Of a stretch of DNA of 64,000 nucleotides, positions 63,676 through 64,000 are shown piece by piece (position 1 is the stretch's first letter; each line of letters begins with the position of its first letter). Made by a program: the position numbers and the translations under genes. Under the pieces are notes generated by a model. That model did not search any database. It saw nothing but the letters and a program-made list of their open reading frames with translations, and had not been told where the DNA came from. The stretch is from Felis catus (taxonomy: Eukaryota). The DNA lies in the NCBI RefSeq assembly GCF_018350175.1, contig NC_058368.1, positions 181,600,001 through 181,664,000 of the forward strand, in the 5' to 3' direction.

Positions 63676-64000
63676 TACCAACACTCCAATGTTATACCTG
63701 GAATGTCATCAACAGAGATTTTGAGCTCGCCTTCTAATGATGAACTCTTTTGAAAAATACAAACATGTCCTCTTCCCCCAAAAAAGTCCACATAATTAAA
63801 TGAATGCACACTAAGATGTTTGCTTTTCATTATGTTCTCTTCTCCCCTGGCCAGTAGAACTGGGGCCATAAGGGAGGCAAAGAGTGATTTCCTAAGTTCA
63901 CAAAGGCATTGGTGTTAGTGCAAAACAGAAAGAGAGGTCAACAAAGAAGGAATGACAACAATGGAAAACAAATAGCTTTAATCACTTAGTTTTGCTCAAG

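Overview
AT-rich, CpG-poor mammalian genomic DNA, almost certainly from a felid (cat-like carnivore). It carries 25 tRNA-derived CAN-SINEs (13 on +, 12 on -), most of the feliform SINEC_Fc type and many with visible target-site duplications (TSDs). These sit on a dense background of ancient MIR, L2, L1M 3'-UTR fragments and MER/Tigger DNA transposons. LTR elements are an LTR16-like and an MLT1H-like solo LTR plus a 5'-half class I (ERV1, MER4/MER34-like) provirus at ~52.8-56.1 kb with gag relics. I recognise no protein-coding gene, RNA gene or CRISPR array; the ORF track is explained by SINE-, microsatellite- and chance ORFs. The window looks like a large intron or intergenic DNA. Best leads: a canonical-looking 72-nt minus-strand cassette exon (35473-35544), repeat-free blocks with TALE/HOX motif clusters (candidate enhancers), a perfect 83-bp tandem duplication, a templated-insertion scar and re-used SINE insertion sites. 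I found no convincing evidence for a new biological system. Repeat families were recognised by eye; boundaries of old repeats are approximate (tens of bp).
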